64,000 nucleotides of DNA from an uncultured Methanobrevibacter sp. (GTDB lineage: Archaea > Methanobacteriota > Methanobacteria > Methanobacteriales > Methanobacteriaceae). Position 1 is the stretch's first letter. Each line of letters starts with the position of its first letter. The stretch is taken from positions 14,628 through 78,627 of the forward strand of contig CAMJUE010000003.1 in the NCBI GenBank assembly GCA_946408925.1. The letters run 5' to 3'. A program made the position numbers and the translations under genes. The notes under the pieces are model-generated. The model was not told the origin of the DNA, did no database searches, and saw only the letters and a program-made list of their open reading frames with translations. Shown in pieces: positions 62,707-64,000 of the stretch.

Positions 62707-64000
62707 ATGACTTATAAAATTGAATTATCATCCGATGAAGTGCCAAAGCAATGGTACAATATGCTTGCCGATTTACCTGTTCCACTTCCTGCCCCTAAAA
62801 ACAGTGAGGGCAAAGACCAGATTGCAGCCCTGCAGCTTGCTTTTACAAAAGCCGGTCTTGAACAGGAATTTGCAACAGACAGATATATTAACATTCCCAA
62901 AGAGGTAAGGGAATTATATATGGAAATGGGAAGGCCATCCCCACTGGTAAGGGCAAACAAGCTGGAGGAATACCTCAACACTCCCGCCAAAATATATTTT
63001 AAAAGGGAAGATTCCTCCCCTACCGGTTCCCACAAGCTGAACTCTGCAATTCCTCAGGCATACTTTGCCAAAAAGGAAGGAGTTGAAAGACTCACTACAG
63101 AAACCGGTGCTGGCCAATGGGGTACCGCTCTTTCACTTGCTTGTAATTTGCTTGATATAGAATGTACAGTATATATGGTAAAGGTATCATTCAACCAGAA
63201 GCCTGACCGTAAAAACATCATGCACATATATGACGGAAACGTTTACGCATCCCCTAGTGAAAACACTAAAGTGGGGCGTCAGGTTTTAGCTGAAAACCCT
63301 GACCACCCTGGATCATTGGGAGTTGCAATTTCAGAGGCTATGGAAGAGGCACTGGAAAATGAAGAGGTCAAATACTCTCTCGGAAGTGTTTTGAATCATG
63401 TGATGCTTCACCAGACTGTAATCGGTCAGGAACTCAAAACCCAGCTTGAAATTGCCGAGGAGGAACCTGACGTGATGGTTGCATGTGCAGGTGGAGGAAG
63501 CAATCTTGCAGGATCACTTTTCCCATTCATCAAGGACAAGATTGATGGTAACTCAGATACCCAATTCATAGCTGTCGAGCCAAGCGCATGTCCAACATTG
63601 ACTGAAGGAAAATATGATTATGACTTTGGTGATTCAAACGGATTTACACCGATGCTTAAGATGTTCACCCTTGGCCATGACTTTGTTGCACCGTCAGTAC
63701 ATGCAGGCGGTTTAAGATACCATGGAATGTCACCTATCGTCTCCCTTTTAACTAAGGAAGGTTACATCGAGCCAAGATCCGCTCATCAGAAGGACTGTTT
63801 CAATGCAGGAATCACCTTTGCACGCTGTCAGGGTATTGTTCCGGCACCTGAAACAACACATGCAATAAAAGTTGCAATCGATGAGGCCATCAAGTGCAAA
63901 GAGACCGGTGAGGAAAAAACAATTGTCCTTAACTTCTCCGGACATGGAATGCTTGATTTGAAAGGATATGCAAGTTATTTTGAAGGAACCATGGAAAACG
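62707..64000 (+). CDS. trpB2: TrpB2 (TrpB-like PLP enzyme), running off the window end; absent from the ORF track
   Basis: Translates MTYKIEL..EVPKQWYN, GRPSPL.RA..LE, SPTGSHK.N, TETGAGQWG, GGGSN, HAGGLRYHG, PAPETTHA, SGHG.LD. Confidence 0.92.
   Translation, partial: MTYKIELSSDEVPKQWYNMLADLPVPLPAPKNSEGKDQIAALQLAFTKAGLEQEFATDRYINIPKEVRELYMEMGRPSPLVRANKLEEYLNTPAKIYFKREDSSPTGSHKLNSAIPQAYFAKKEGVERLTTETGAGQWGTALSLACNLLDIECTVYMVKVSFNQKPDRKNIMHIYDGNVYASPSENTKVGRQVLAENPDHPGSLGVAISEAMEEALENEEVKYSLGSVLNHVMLHQTVIGQELKTQLEIAEEEPDVMVACAGGGSNLAGSLFPFIKDKIDGNSDTQFIAVEPSACPTLTEGKYDYDFGDSNGFTPMLKMFTLGHDFVAPSVHAGGLRYHGMSPIVSLLTKEGYIEPRSAHQKDCFNAGITFARCQGIVPAPETTHAIKVAIDEAIKCKETGEEKTIVLNFSGHGMLDLKGYASYFEGTMEN

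Noticed and set aside
302-63945. Numerous 60-170 aa ORFs antisense to or nested in recognised genes (e.g. 17813-18265, 38993-39505, 46772-47224, 62712-63035)
   Set aside because: They are shadow ORFs overlapping well-supported genes, with Ser/Phe/Ile-rich antisense composition and no motifs or RBS.

Overview
Core-genome segment of a hydrogenotrophic methanogenic archaeon of the Methanobacteriales, most likely Methanobrevibacter. The assignment is inferred from the AT-rich DNA, archaeal histone, Alba, PolD small subunit, Cdc6/Orc1, methanogenesis marker 11, thiol:fumarate reductase and DUF11 adhesin-like proteins. The window holds about 55 CDSs covering leucine, riboflavin, cobalamin/F430, purine/pyrimidine, His/Trp and surface-glycan functions plus transporters. 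It also contains the probable chromosomal replication origin, a mini-ORB cluster upstream of cdc6. The most notable element is a complete bacterial-type FMN riboswitch aptamer between an archaeal TATA box and an archaeal-type ribB, directly downstream of archaeal ribK. Other notable items: a small AT-rich HEPN module whose partner gene has an internal stop, two small ORFs missing from the ORF track, three decaying cell-surface/cell-wall enzyme genes, an iteron-like heptamer array, a domain-swapped CbiA/CobQ-like amidotransferase and tandem His-rich CbiX/CfbA chelatases. No rRNA, tRNA, CRISPR array, integrase or transposase was seen. All calls come from motif recognition by eye; no database searches were run.
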